Shown here: positions 37,546 to 46,592 of the stretch, piece after piece
Position numbering within the stretch: the first letter of the stretch is position 1
How the letters are laid out: each line of letters begins with the position of its first letter
Origin: a virus
Virus record (IMG/VR): IMGVR_UViG_3300020469_000009
DNA length: 64,000 nt
Reading direction: 5' to 3' (one strand)
The notes under the pieces: generated by a model
Databases searched by the model: none
Told to the model about the DNA's origin: nothing
Seen by the model: the letters and a program-made list of their open reading frames with translations, nothing else
Translations under genes and position numbers: made by a program

Positions 37546-39540
37546 TTATTTAAGTGCAGTTTTAGACAAGTATCTAACGTACTGCGAAACAACTGGGTTT
37601 CCAGTTCCTTCTACTTCAGGTTGGCTTTCGCCTTCCTTCCCTGCGAAAACTTCATCACCATAAGATGACAGAGCTTTGGCTGCAGTTTCTGGAGAATCAA
37701 AGTAGGACTCTTTGAGAGCCTCTAGCTTCTCTTTGTACTCATTAGTACTACCAGCTTCTACACTGTCTCCCAATTTTTCTAGGCGTATCTTTTGGGTTTC
37801 AGTTAAACCTTCACTTACTTCAGTAGTAATGTCGGCTTTTTCGTAAGCTAGTACCTTCTCTTGCAGCTTTTCAACAAGTTCGTCTTTCTCACCAATTTGG
37901 TCTTTATATCCTTCAACCGCCTCGGTAAGTTCATCAACAACCTTAATATCATCTTCAGGTATGTCAATGTAATTCTTTTCAAATAGACCTTTAAGGTCTT
38001 TTATAAAGTTCTCAGCTATTTCTGTTCTTAGAGAATACTTAATTTCTAAAGCATTTTCTTTTAGCCACTCTTCAGTAGCATAGTCAGTATATTTAGAGAA
38101 CTTTTCTTCTAATTCTTTGATTCTATCAGCATTTTCAGCTTCTAATTTTTCTTCGATTTCAGAAACTTTAGCATTTACTTTTTCATTTACCGCAGTTTCA
38201 AAGACTATAGCAGCTTTAGATTTGAAATCTTCATCAAGGTCAACATCTTCTTCCATGTCATCCTCTTTTTCATCCATATCTTTTTTCATTTCTTTAGGCT
38301 CTTCTTTAGTCTCTTTAACGTCATCTTCTTCTTCATCCATGTCGTCTTTAGCCATTTCTTCCATATCTTTTTTCATCTCCTTAGGCTCATCCTCTTCCTC
38401 GTCCATATCATCTTTTTTCATTTCTGATACGCCTTTTTTAGGATCGGAATCATCTTTCATTGGAGTTTCAACTGGGTCTTTACCTTGGTCATGAGGACCT
38501 TTATCAGCTTCAGCTTCTTCTTTATCAACATCGCCTTTAGCCATATCTAAAGTAGCTTTATCTTGCGGTGGTAAATTCTTATCATTAGCATTTTTTTCAA
38601 TTTCAGTAGGTTGCTTTTCAGCTTTTACTTCATTAGCATCCTCATCCATTTTTTCGTCTTCTTCTTTTTCCATGTCCTTCATTTCTTTTTTCTCATCGTC
38701 TTTATGGGACATTTCTTCGACTTCTTTAGTTTCTTTCTTTTCGTCTTCTTCCTCGTCCATATCATCTTTTGCCATTTCTTTAACTTCTTCTTTGGCACCA
38801 TCTTTACGGACTTTAGCTAAATCAGCTGCGTCGATGTCTCCATCGCCGTCTTTATCTAATTTTTTCTGATCACCTTTAAGCTCTTCTTTTTCCATATCTT
38901 TAGACATTTCTTCGACTTCTTTAGTCTCTTTTTTATCGTCTTTTTTATCTTTGATAGCTTTTTGTAGAGCAGGTGGTAATTTTTTCTGGCCAGCAGATAA
39001 TTCTTCTTTAACGTCATCTTCTTCTTCGTCCATGTCGTCTTTTTTCATTTCTTTTGGCTCTTCTTTAGTCTCCTTAACTTCGTCTTCTTCCTCATCCATA
39101 TCTTTTTCAGCTTCTTCTTCTTTAGTTTCAGCTACTTTTTTCTTTGGATCAGAATCGTCTTTCATTGGAGTTTCAATAGGGTCTTTTTCTTGGTCGTGAG
39201 CAGGTTTATCAGCTTCTACTTCAGCAGATTCGTCTCCGCCACCAGTACCTTTATCACCACCTTTGTCAGTCATTGGCTCTGCACCCGTTTCATTTTTATC
39301 TGGCTCAGCAGTTGGAGCGGCCGCTTGTTTATTAGCCAAAGTTTCTTTTTCGTCTGCAGGTAATTCTTTATCGTTGACGTTCTTTTGAACAGTAGTATCT
39401 TGGCCCTCAGTGACTTCTTCCTCTTGAGGGTTTTTGATTTCGTCTTTTTTAGTCATATCAGCTTCTTTTGCTTGAAGGTTTTTCTCCATCAAGTCTTCTA
39501 TGACTTCAATAAGACCTTTTTTCTCTTCGTTATCTGACAT
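37546..39540 (-). CDS. gp22: Prohead core scaffold protein (gp22), expanded and repetitive
   Basis: C-terminal EDFKSKAAIVFETAV...EEWLKEN...LFEKNYIDIPE core; long K/E/D/M repeat N-terminal region; between gp21 and gp23. Confidence 0.9.
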   Translation of the reverse strand: MSDNEEKKGLIEVIEDLMEKNLQAKEADMTKKDEIKNPQEEEVTEGQDTTVQKNVNDKELPADEKETLANKQAAAPTAEPDKNETGAEPMTDKGGDKGTGGGDESAEVEADKPAHDQEKDPIETPMKDDSDPKKKVAETKEEEAEKDMDEEEDEVKETKEEPKEMKKDDMDEEEDDVKEELSAGQKKLPPALQKAIKDKKDDKKETKEVEEMSKDMEKEELKGDQKKLDKDGDGDIDAADLAKVRKDGAKEEVKEMAKDDMDEEEDEKKETKEVEEMSHKDDEKKEMKDMEKEEDEKMDEDANEVKAEKQPTEIEKNANDKNLPPQDKATLDMAKGDVDKEEAEADKGPHDQGKDPVETPMKDDSDPKKGVSEMKKDDMDEEEDEPKEMKKDMEEMAKDDMDEEEDDVKETKEEPKEMKKDMDEKEDDMEEDVDLDEDFKSKAAIVFETAVNEKVNAKVSEIEEKLEAENADRIKELEEKFSKYTDYATEEWLKENALEIKYSLRTEIAENFIKDLKGLFEKNYIDIPEDDIKVVDELTEAVEGYKDQIGEKDELVEKLQEKVLAYEKADITTEVSEGLTETQKIRLEKLGDSVEAGSTNEYKEKLEALKESYFDSPETAAKALSSYGDEVFAGKEGESQPEVEGTGNPVVSQYVRYLSKTALK

Positions 39541-39575
39541 TTTGCTATAGCTCCAAATATTAATTTATTTATTTT

Positions 39576-40226
39576 TTATTGATTCTCTAAGAACCTTTTA
39601 AACAATTTTAGTTTTGTATTATTTAATTCTCTACGACCGGCCTCAAGCAACTCTTTTCTAGCTTTTTCAAGGTCGATTCTTTGCCATACACCTGACTCAT
39701 ATATCCAATCCGCTTGCTCATAAACTCCCTCAACGAAAGCCTCTTGAGCAGATGGGTCAAATACAACATCAGCTGCTGTAGTTAAGACAAAATCTTCTTG
39801 CACTTCATTATATCCCTGACGAGTCATTCTCAAAGAACCTAATCCTCGAGATGAAACACCAATTTTTACGCCATCGTCAAGTAGATTTTCAACGATTTTA
39901 CCCATTGGAGTACTAAGGACTTGTGCTTTTCCTTTATAGTAATAGCCATCTCTAGTTAACTCTTTCGTCATGATAGCCGCTCTTTCAGGGTTTACAACCG
40001 GCTCAGCCGGGTGGTTTAATTCACCTAGTGCTCTTGACTGGGCGATATAATCTTTTTTATAAGCTTCAACAGCTTTATCCATTACGTGTTGAGGATAAAC
40101 ACGTCCATTTCTATTTTGTTTTTCTGCTTGTAAGAATGGACCTTGGATAAATTTCCTTTTTTGTTCTTTACCTTCTGTAAGAACTTCAAGGTCATTGAAT
40201 GAAATATCTTCTTTGATTAATTTCAT
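39576..40226 (-). CDS. gp21: Prohead protease (gp21)
   Basis: NRNGRVYP, ALGELNHP, GVSSRGLGS, DVVFDPSA. Confidence 0.97.
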   Translation of the reverse strand: MKLIKEDISFNDLEVLTEGKEQKRKFIQGPFLQAEKQNRNGRVYPQHVMDKAVEAYKKDYIAQSRALGELNHPAEPVVNPERAAIMTKELTRDGYYYKGKAQVLSTPMGKIVENLLDDGVKIGVSSRGLGSLRMTRQGYNEVQEDFVLTTAADVVFDPSAQEAFVEGVYEQADWIYESGVWQRIDLEKARKELLEAGRRELNNTKLKLFKRFLENQ

Positions 40227-40606
40227 TATTGTCCTCTGAATACGATAACGGCGTTTGGTGATGTACCACTAATGACTACATTGCCTTTTGCTTGTGCAAT
40301 AGCAACTCCACCAGTCATATTAAAGTCCCATTTACCAGTAGCAAAAACTTTGCCGTCAATAGTAATTGCATTAGGACCCATATTAACTACAGATTCCATT
40401 TTAATTGGTCTCATATAATGATTGATATTTTTTTCATCTGAGTCTGATGCTGGTGATTGGCCTGGACCGTAAATATTTTTTACTTGATAAGTAAATGTAA
40501 ATGCATCTGAATCAAGTGTTGCAGCAGTGTCTATATGATAGACTACTCTGTTTCCTTGTGATGAACCTTGAATCCCTACGGATTTACTAACAACTGTATT
40601 TGCCAT
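40226..40606 (-). CDS. Hypothetical late structural protein
   Basis: Beta-rich 126 aa in the head cluster; AATAAATA 4 nt upstream; two DSD motifs. Confidence 0.65.
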   Translation of the reverse strand: MANTVVSKSVGIQGSSQGNRVVYHIDTAATLDSDAFTFTYQVKNIYGPGQSPASDSDEKNINHYMRPIKMESVVNMGPNAITIDGKVFATGKWDFNMTGGVAIAQAKGNVVISGTSPNAVIVFRGQ

Positions 40607-40621
40607 ATCTTATTTATTCCT

Positions 40622-41368
40622 TTAAGTACCTGAGTAATTACGTGACCTTGTACTTACTCTTTTTTTAGTAATTCTTGATTTTAGTGCAGCTAGTTTCTTT
40701 TTACCTGCTCCCATTGCTCGTTTTGCTCTTTTTAGTTTGATGCCTGTTCTACGTAATCTAGCTTTTTGTGTACCAGTTTGAGGTATACATCTATTACCCT
40801 GTAATCTAGTTCCTTTTGGACATCTTTTTCTTTTTGTAATTCTTCCTTTAGACCTTCTAAAAATAACTCTTGCTCTACCTGGTTGTGCTTCATCAAATGT
40901 AGTCATCCCATCTTCTAATGGGTCATCCATACTTTCTGGTAAATCTTGGTCTACTAAATCAAATGAATCAGCAAACATAGCATCTTTGATTTTTAAGTAA
41001 TTATTAACACCATCATCATAATAGTCTCTCATACCATCAATTTCAAATTCTACATCCATTATTTCGCCATACTCATCAGGTATAAAATCGTAATAAGTTT
41101 CTGGACATGAACAATCATCATCGTCATCTGGACAATCACATATAGTATCATTTAAATCAGTTTCTAATTTTTCATCCAATTCAATTTCATAATCAAATTG
41201 TACTACTTCTTGAAACTTTTCAATAGATACTTCATCATGTATTTCTTGTAATACATCTTCATTTATAATGTGGTCTGGTTTTACTTCAATACCTTCAGAT
41301 ACCTGTGCCTTTACTTTAGCACGGTGTTCGTCAAACTTATTTTGTTTCCAGTTTCTAAGATTGCTCAT
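40622..41368 (-). CDS. gp68: Prohead core protein (gp68-like)
   Basis: Acidic N-terminal part, then a very basic R/K-rich C-terminus after FDE-A; between gp67 and gp21. Confidence 0.65.
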   Translation of the reverse strand: MSNLRNWKQNKFDEHRAKVKAQVSEGIEVKPDHIINEDVLQEIHDEVSIEKFQEVVQFDYEIELDEKLETDLNDTICDCPDDDDDCSCPETYYDFIPDEYGEIMDVEFEIDGMRDYYDDGVNNYLKIKDAMFADSFDLVDQDLPESMDDPLEDGMTTFDEAQPGRARVIFRRSKGRITKRKRCPKGTRLQGNRCIPQTGTQKARLRRTGIKLKRAKRAMGAGKKKLAALKSRITKKRVSTRSRNYSGT

Positions 41369-41534
41369 CAGTTTCTACTTGTTTTGTTTCTGTTTCTGCC
41401 TCAGGAGAAATCATTTCTTTTGCCATTTCCGCTTTCATATCAGCTAGTTTCTCAAAAGCTTTTTGGTCTAATTTCTCTTTCGCATCAGACTTGAAACCTT
41501 GTTCGTCATTTAATAGTTCTTTAAGTCCACTCAT
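41355..41534 (-). CDS. gp67: Prohead core protein (gp67-like), not in the ORF track
   Basis: Manual translation MSGLKELLNDEQGFKSDAKEKLDQKAFEKLADMKAEMAKEMISPEAETETKQVETDEQS (59 aa); TATAAATA 4 nt upstream; syntenic position. Confidence 0.7.
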   Translation of the reverse strand: MSGLKELLNDEQGFKSDAKEKLDQKAFEKLADMKAEMAKEMISPEAETETKQVETDEQS

Positions 41535-41551
41535 AATTTATTTATACTCCC

Positions 41552-42541
41552 TTAGCCTCTTATCATATCCATCTCCAATTGGAGATTTTGTTTTAATTGT
41601 TCTTCAAGCTCGTCTTTTTCACCTTTACCTTCATCATAGAGAGCTTGACCATTTAACTGAACACCACCTGGTAATTCAGTATTCTCATACTTTTTCAAGT
41701 TTGAGCCCCACTGCATCTTTAATAATGCAGATGAATACTTTTTAATCCATATATCATTGTAAACATCGCCATATATCTCAGGGTCAGTTGCTTCATAACA
41801 TTCAATTAAGAAGAACTCTCCTTTTTTAGGACGTTTCCAATCAATATCTAAATAAAGTCTGTTTTTAGCTTTACTAAATCTAATTGCTGGTGATGTGTTT
41901 AATAAGAAATCTATATGTTCAACATACATTTTTTGTATGTAATATCCAGTAATTCCTGAACCAGCTGCATTACCATAGAATGCATCAAAGTTATTTAAGA
42001 AGTATTGATATTCATAATTGTACATTCCAGATTGAGCAAAGCTATCTACTTTTGATACTCTAGATATTTGTATGATATTTTCTGGTACTCTTATTCCTAC
42101 TTGTCCACCTTCAACTAATGCATATGAATCTCTTAAGTACAATTGTTCTTTTGTGTAATTTTTTCTGAATACTTTATTATCTGAGTCTAATGCAAGGTCA
42201 CTATCTGTTTTTACATAAACATTAAAACCAGAATCTGAATCTGTATTTTTACTTGGATTGTGAAATACTCTTGCACCTTTTTTATATTCAGAATCATGAT
42301 TGAAAACTGGTGCTGTAATATCTTGATGACGTCTTTGATTTTCAGCTATTACTTTAGCATTTACTTCTAATACTCTATAAGTTCTTTCATTACCGTCATA
42401 GTGATACTCTTGATACATTTTAATTGCATCATCGATACAGTCTTCTAATTGCACATCAGATACTTCTACGTTTACAACAGGTGCTCCACACCTACGTAGC
42501 ATATAATCAGCTAAACTTTGTTTACTTTTCGGTAGTGCCAT
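41552..42541 (-). CDS. gp13: Neck protein (gp13)
   Basis: LRRCGAPVVNVEV...Q.EDCIDDA...EYHYDG; WIKKY..AL.K.QWGSNL.KY...LPGGV.LNG. Confidence 0.93.
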   Translation of the reverse strand: MALPKSKQSLADYMLRRCGAPVVNVEVSDVQLEDCIDDAIKMYQEYHYDGNERTYRVLEVNAKVIAENQRRHQDITAPVFNHDSEYKKGARVFHNPSKNTDSDSGFNVYVKTDSDLALDSDNKVFRKNYTKEQLYLRDSYALVEGGQVGIRVPENIIQISRVSKVDSFAQSGMYNYEYQYFLNNFDAFYGNAAGSGITGYYIQKMYVEHIDFLLNTSPAIRFSKAKNRLYLDIDWKRPKKGEFFLIECYEATDPEIYGDVYNDIWIKKYSSALLKMQWGSNLKKYENTELPGGVQLNGQALYDEGKGEKDELEEQLKQNLQLEMDMIRG

Positions 42542-44054
42542 CTATATTTTCCCGTGATTCACTGTACATGTCCATTTGGTCATCTTCAGTATTTATTTGA
42601 CCTCCATCGATCTCTTTCATTATTTCACGGTCAATCCTAGCAATATCGTCTTCAGACTGGGCTAAGATGATTTTTCGCACATATTCAATAGAGAAATATT
42701 TACCAACATATTCAGTAGCATCTCTTAATAGATTCATCCTGTCAGTTAGTAGTTCTACATCTTTAAGTTCTTTAAAGTGTGTGTCTTCTATGAAATCAAA
42801 TGTAATATGAGTTCTCATATCATCAAATTCTTCAGCAGTACAAATACCTTTTAATGAACATTGTACTCTTAGTATTTCATTAAACAATTCACCAAATTGT
42901 TTCTTTAATCTAGCTACAAACTTACCAAATTTAAGTTCATCTCTTGAAATATCAGAAGCTCTACCAATTTGGAATGCTGTATCAGCACCATTTACTCTTG
43001 ATAAAGGAACGTTAAGAGCTTCATATAATTTGTTTTTAAAATATATGATATCATCGAGGTCACCTAGATTTTGGCCACCAGGTAAAGTGGTAATCTCTGT
43101 TGCTCTTCCGTCTCTTCTTGGTAGCCAAAAATCTTCCAAGACACTCATAAATTTACGACTGTCCCTGATAGCACCAGTGACTGGGTCATAATCTATTTTG
43201 TTTCTAAATCTGTTTTGCATATCTCTAAGATACTGCTCTGCTTTTATCTTTGGTAAATTACCAACATCAATATAGAATATTCTTCTTTCTGGAGCTCTTG
43301 CTATTCTGTAAACAATTAATGAGTCTTCCATAGACCTTAAGTTATTGAATGCTTTTACAGCTTTATCTAAATAACCTATAATCATACCTTTATTTTTATC
43401 TACTATACCAGATGGACAGAATACTACAGAGTCTTTTGATAACTTAACTGCTGCACCCATATCACCATCAGGTGAAAATTCAAAATGTTCTTCTATATCT
43501 TCTAAGAAAGGCATTCCTGTTTTAATATTTTTTGAATAGATAGGTTTAATTACTCTTTTCATTTTAAGAGCATCAATAGGTCTTAATTCTTGTATACCGT
43601 CTTTTGGACTTTTTGCATCTATGATTACTTGATAATATAATCTACCATCAACATACCACTGTCTAAATGTTTCATAAGATTTTTTCTGAAATCTTACTAA
43701 CTCTAATATTTTTTGGAATTCTGTTCTAATAAGCTCTTTAATTCGGTCATCCATATTTAGATTATCTAACCTAATTGATACAGGAGCTCTATCATGTTCT
43801 ACTACAAAAGCTTCATTAACAATATCATCAATAGCCATATCAGCTTCTGGATAAAGTGCTACTTCTCTATATGTAGATATAAGGGCGTGTTCGGTTCTGG
43901 CTTTATCGTCTTGTTCATACGTATAGCCTATACGTCCACCTACCGGTAAATCGGTTCCATCGTCTAATTGAACCGGTACTGGAGAGGGTATTTTAGGTGA
44001 TTTTTCTGGTGATATTAACTCAAAGCCAAATAAATCTTCTTTTTGTTCTGCCAT
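42522..44054 (-). CDS. gp20: Portal protein (gp20)
   Basis: WYVDGR, YRIARAPERRIFYIDVGNLPK.KAEQY, EDFWLPRR, TLPGGQNLG. Confidence 0.98.
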   Translation of the reverse strand: MAEQKEDLFGFELISPEKSPKIPSPVPVQLDDGTDLPVGGRIGYTYEQDDKARTEHALISTYREVALYPEADMAIDDIVNEAFVVEHDRAPVSIRLDNLNMDDRIKELIRTEFQKILELVRFQKKSYETFRQWYVDGRLYYQVIIDAKSPKDGIQELRPIDALKMKRVIKPIYSKNIKTGMPFLEDIEEHFEFSPDGDMGAAVKLSKDSVVFCPSGIVDKNKGMIIGYLDKAVKAFNNLRSMEDSLIVYRIARAPERRIFYIDVGNLPKIKAEQYLRDMQNRFRNKIDYDPVTGAIRDSRKFMSVLEDFWLPRRDGRATEITTLPGGQNLGDLDDIIYFKNKLYEALNVPLSRVNGADTAFQIGRASDISRDELKFGKFVARLKKQFGELFNEILRVQCSLKGICTAEEFDDMRTHITFDFIEDTHFKELKDVELLTDRMNLLRDATEYVGKYFSIEYVRKIILAQSEDDIARIDREIMKEIDGGQINTEDDQMDMYSESRENIDGTTEK

Positions 44055-44122
44055 GTTTCTCCTAACACTGTTTTGTCATAATATGCCGCTTTAGTATTAT
44101 ACTAAAACGTACGCAATAATTC

Positions 44123-44689
44123 TTAACCGACGTTGTCGGTAGTGTTCGAAGTCCAGAATTGATATCTGATAGTTGCAGAGAACTCTGAGATTGTATCGGC
44201 TGTGTCAAACGATACATCAATTGGATCGATTGTAGTCGGGAAACAACCACGTAGAACTATTGATTTATTCACTTGGCCATCTTTGCCGATTTGCTCGACA
44301 GTCCAATCTTGAACGAATGAAGCAAAATCAGTAGCATCAATTCCGCCCGCCGAAGTATTACCAACATGCGTATTAATATTATTACTCCATGATTCCATTG
44401 CATTTCTTATAGCAAAGTTGTTATCATTAATCACGGTTATCGTCCAAGGTTGAAATTTTCTATCACCTGGTAGATATAATTCTCTTCCACGGTAAGGAAC
44501 CATAATCTCTGATAATTCAGAACCAGGTAATTGTGCTGTTTTAATCATGAATGAACCAAGTTGTACTAGTCCAAGCCCAGTTGAATCTGTATTAGTGATT
44601 CCAGCTGGAAATTGTGGTATTACTCTAAATTGGTTGGCTCTTGCGCCACCACCGATTAAAGCTGCTTTAAAATCATCTATTCTTGCCAT
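44123..44689 (-). CDS. gp19: Tail tube protein (gp19)
   Basis: GGARANQF, LPGS, GDRKFQPWTITVIND, FPT.I..I. Confidence 0.95.
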   Translation of the reverse strand: MARIDDFKAALIGGGARANQFRVIPQFPAGITNTDSTGLGLVQLGSFMIKTAQLPGSELSEIMVPYRGRELYLPGDRKFQPWTITVINDNNFAIRNAMESWSNNINTHVGNTSAGGIDATDFASFVQDWTVEQIGKDGQVNKSIVLRGCFPTTIDPIDVSFDTADTISEFSATIRYQFWTSNTTDNVG

Positions 44690-44693
44690 TCTA

Positions 44694-46487
44694 TTATGCT
44701 CCTGCTACCTCTTCAAAACTAACTCCACTTCGTACTGCTACAAAGTTAAGTGTAATGAAGTTTATTGAACGATTCGGTTTGATGTAGATATCAGCCACGA
44801 ATCTGTTTCCATCGATTACTGCTGCCGTGTTGTTTGAAGCATCACAGACTACTTTAAAGTCCGTCATTCCTCGTCTTGACTTAACATCTGCTAAGAACGG
44901 CTCTACCGCGGCTACGAAATTTGCTCTTGTGAAATCATCATTGAATTCAAACAATTGGAACTTAGCAGCTGTAGCAATTGCTTTTTCTAATACAATGAAT
45001 AACCTTCTAACATTAATTCTATCAAATGCTGATGGTTTGCTTAATGCTGTTTTATCACCAAATAGTAATGTTCCCTGTCCTTTAAATGTAACGACTGGGT
45101 TAACTCTAGATTTGTATAATTCATCTCTTTCAGCTTGTGAAGGATTATATTGTAATTTAACTACGTTTTTGTAGAATCCTCTGTTTAAACCAGCTGGTGA
45201 GAACCAAGCATCATTAGTAAATTCTGCTCTTGCTGTGACTCCTGCAGTATCTGGATTTAAAGGCATATTAAAGAACTCGTCATTATATCTATCATATTGA
45301 CGTTTCCAACCTGAATCAAATACTCCGTATGAGTTTGAATTCCAATCTGAGAAATAATCAACTATTTTTCTAGCTGATGGACTGTTTACAGCCACTGTTT
45401 CAGATGGTGATATAAATGCCATTGCATCTTTTCTTGCTTTAGCACCAGCCATTACATATTTACCGACTGTAGTGCTATGTTCACCAGTTATTAATAAGTT
45501 TACATCTTCAGTTTCAGCATCTAGTAATTTATCGTATGCTGCCATGATTGCTCCATCTGTGACAGCTGAACCATCATTACCATTCTTAAGCAGTGCTTTA
45601 TAGATTGGTGTACCTGAAGTTTCAGATGGTAAATCTGAATCATATGTTCTTTTCAATGTAGCAAATGAACCTCTTGCAATAGAAGTAATAGTTGCACCTG
45701 GAGTATAATTAGCTCCACCTGCGCCTGTTGCTGTAGTACCAAAGTTATTTACTAAGTATACCCATTGTGATTGATCGTTTACTTTATTTACAAAGAAGTT
45801 ATTAGCATTGTTTCCATCTTTACTGTTTGCAGCTTTTGATAGGAAAGAATAAGTTTCTAATACTTCGTTTGCTGTGCCAGTAGGTCTATCATTTAATGTG
45901 TAAACCATTACGTGGCATTCGTCTCTTAAATCTGAATCATAAGTTTTTGCCCAGTCAGATGTGCCTGGTACTGCATCAAAGTAATCTCTAAGTTTAACAC
46001 TACCAAATACGTTTGTTGTATTATATGTATCTGAATCTAGTTGACTGTCTACAATTAGTACACCAATATCATTACCAAGACTACCTGGGAATCTTGCATA
46101 TACGTTTGATGTTAAACCTGTTTTGTCTGATGAAAAATCATTTTCGTTTTGAATATTAGCATCTGAATCTACTGCATTATCAGAGTCACCCATTGATGCG
46201 TTTAAAGCTCCAGTTGCTGATGCACGAACTACTTTACAAGCATTTGCATAAGATAAGAAATTAGCTGCAGCATACCAATCATCTCTGACGTATCCTGCGT
46301 TAGTGCCTTTTCTCGGCTGTCCGTGTTTGTTTAATAAATCTTGCTCTGAAGATATTAATGTGACTTCATTTACAGGACCCCACTCGAAACGTCCTGCAAA
46401 ACCACCAATCGACGTGGCGACGGCTGGTACAATATTTGTAAGGTCTGTTTCTTTGACCTGTACTCCTGGGCTTACTAGAAATGCCAT
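44694..46487 (-). CDS. gp18: Tail sheath protein (gp18)
   Basis: SPGVQVKETDLT, WFSPAGLNRG, FDRINVRRLF, FEFND, IKPNRSINFI. Confidence 0.98.
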   Translation of the reverse strand: MAFLVSPGVQVKETDLTNIVPAVATSIGGFAGRFEWGPVNEVTLISSEQDLLNKHGQPRKGTNAGYVRDDWYAAANFLSYANACKVVRASATGALNASMGDSDNAVDSDANIQNENDFSSDKTGLTSNVYARFPGSLGNDIGVLIVDSQLDSDTYNTTNVFGSVKLRDYFDAVPGTSDWAKTYDSDLRDECHVMVYTLNDRPTGTANEVLETYSFLSKAANSKDGNNANNFFVNKVNDQSQWVYLVNNFGTTATGAGGANYTPGATITSIARGSFATLKRTYDSDLPSETSGTPIYKALLKNGNDGSAVTDGAIMAAYDKLLDAETEDVNLLITGEHSTTVGKYVMAGAKARKDAMAFISPSETVAVNSPSARKIVDYFSDWNSNSYGVFDSGWKRQYDRYNDEFFNMPLNPDTAGVTARAEFTNDAWFSPAGLNRGFYKNVVKLQYNPSQAERDELYKSRVNPVVTFKGQGTLLFGDKTALSKPSAFDRINVRRLFIVLEKAIATAAKFQLFEFNDDFTRANFVAAVEPFLADVKSRRGMTDFKVVCDASNNTAAVIDGNRFVADIYIKPNRSINFITLNFVAVRSGVSFEEVAGA

Positions 46488-46573
46488 GTATGTGACTCCT
46501 TAAGAATTCTTTATAGTTTATTTATTTTTTAACAATCTACTGAGGTTGTTTTTCCACAGTCCCTCTACAGTTC

Positions 46574-46581
46574 TATTTATA
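46574..46581 (-). promoter_or_regulatory. Late promoter TATAAATA upstream of gp18
   Basis: Exact consensus in the gp17-gp18 gap; a second AATAAATA lies closer to the start. Confidence 0.75.
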
Positions 46582-46592
46582 ATTGTCAATCA

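Noticed and set aside
38200-39200. Repeats as a possible CRISPR array or DGR
   Set aside because: Degenerate in-frame coding repeats of gp22; no constant repeat-spacer period, no cas gene and no reverse transcriptase in the window.
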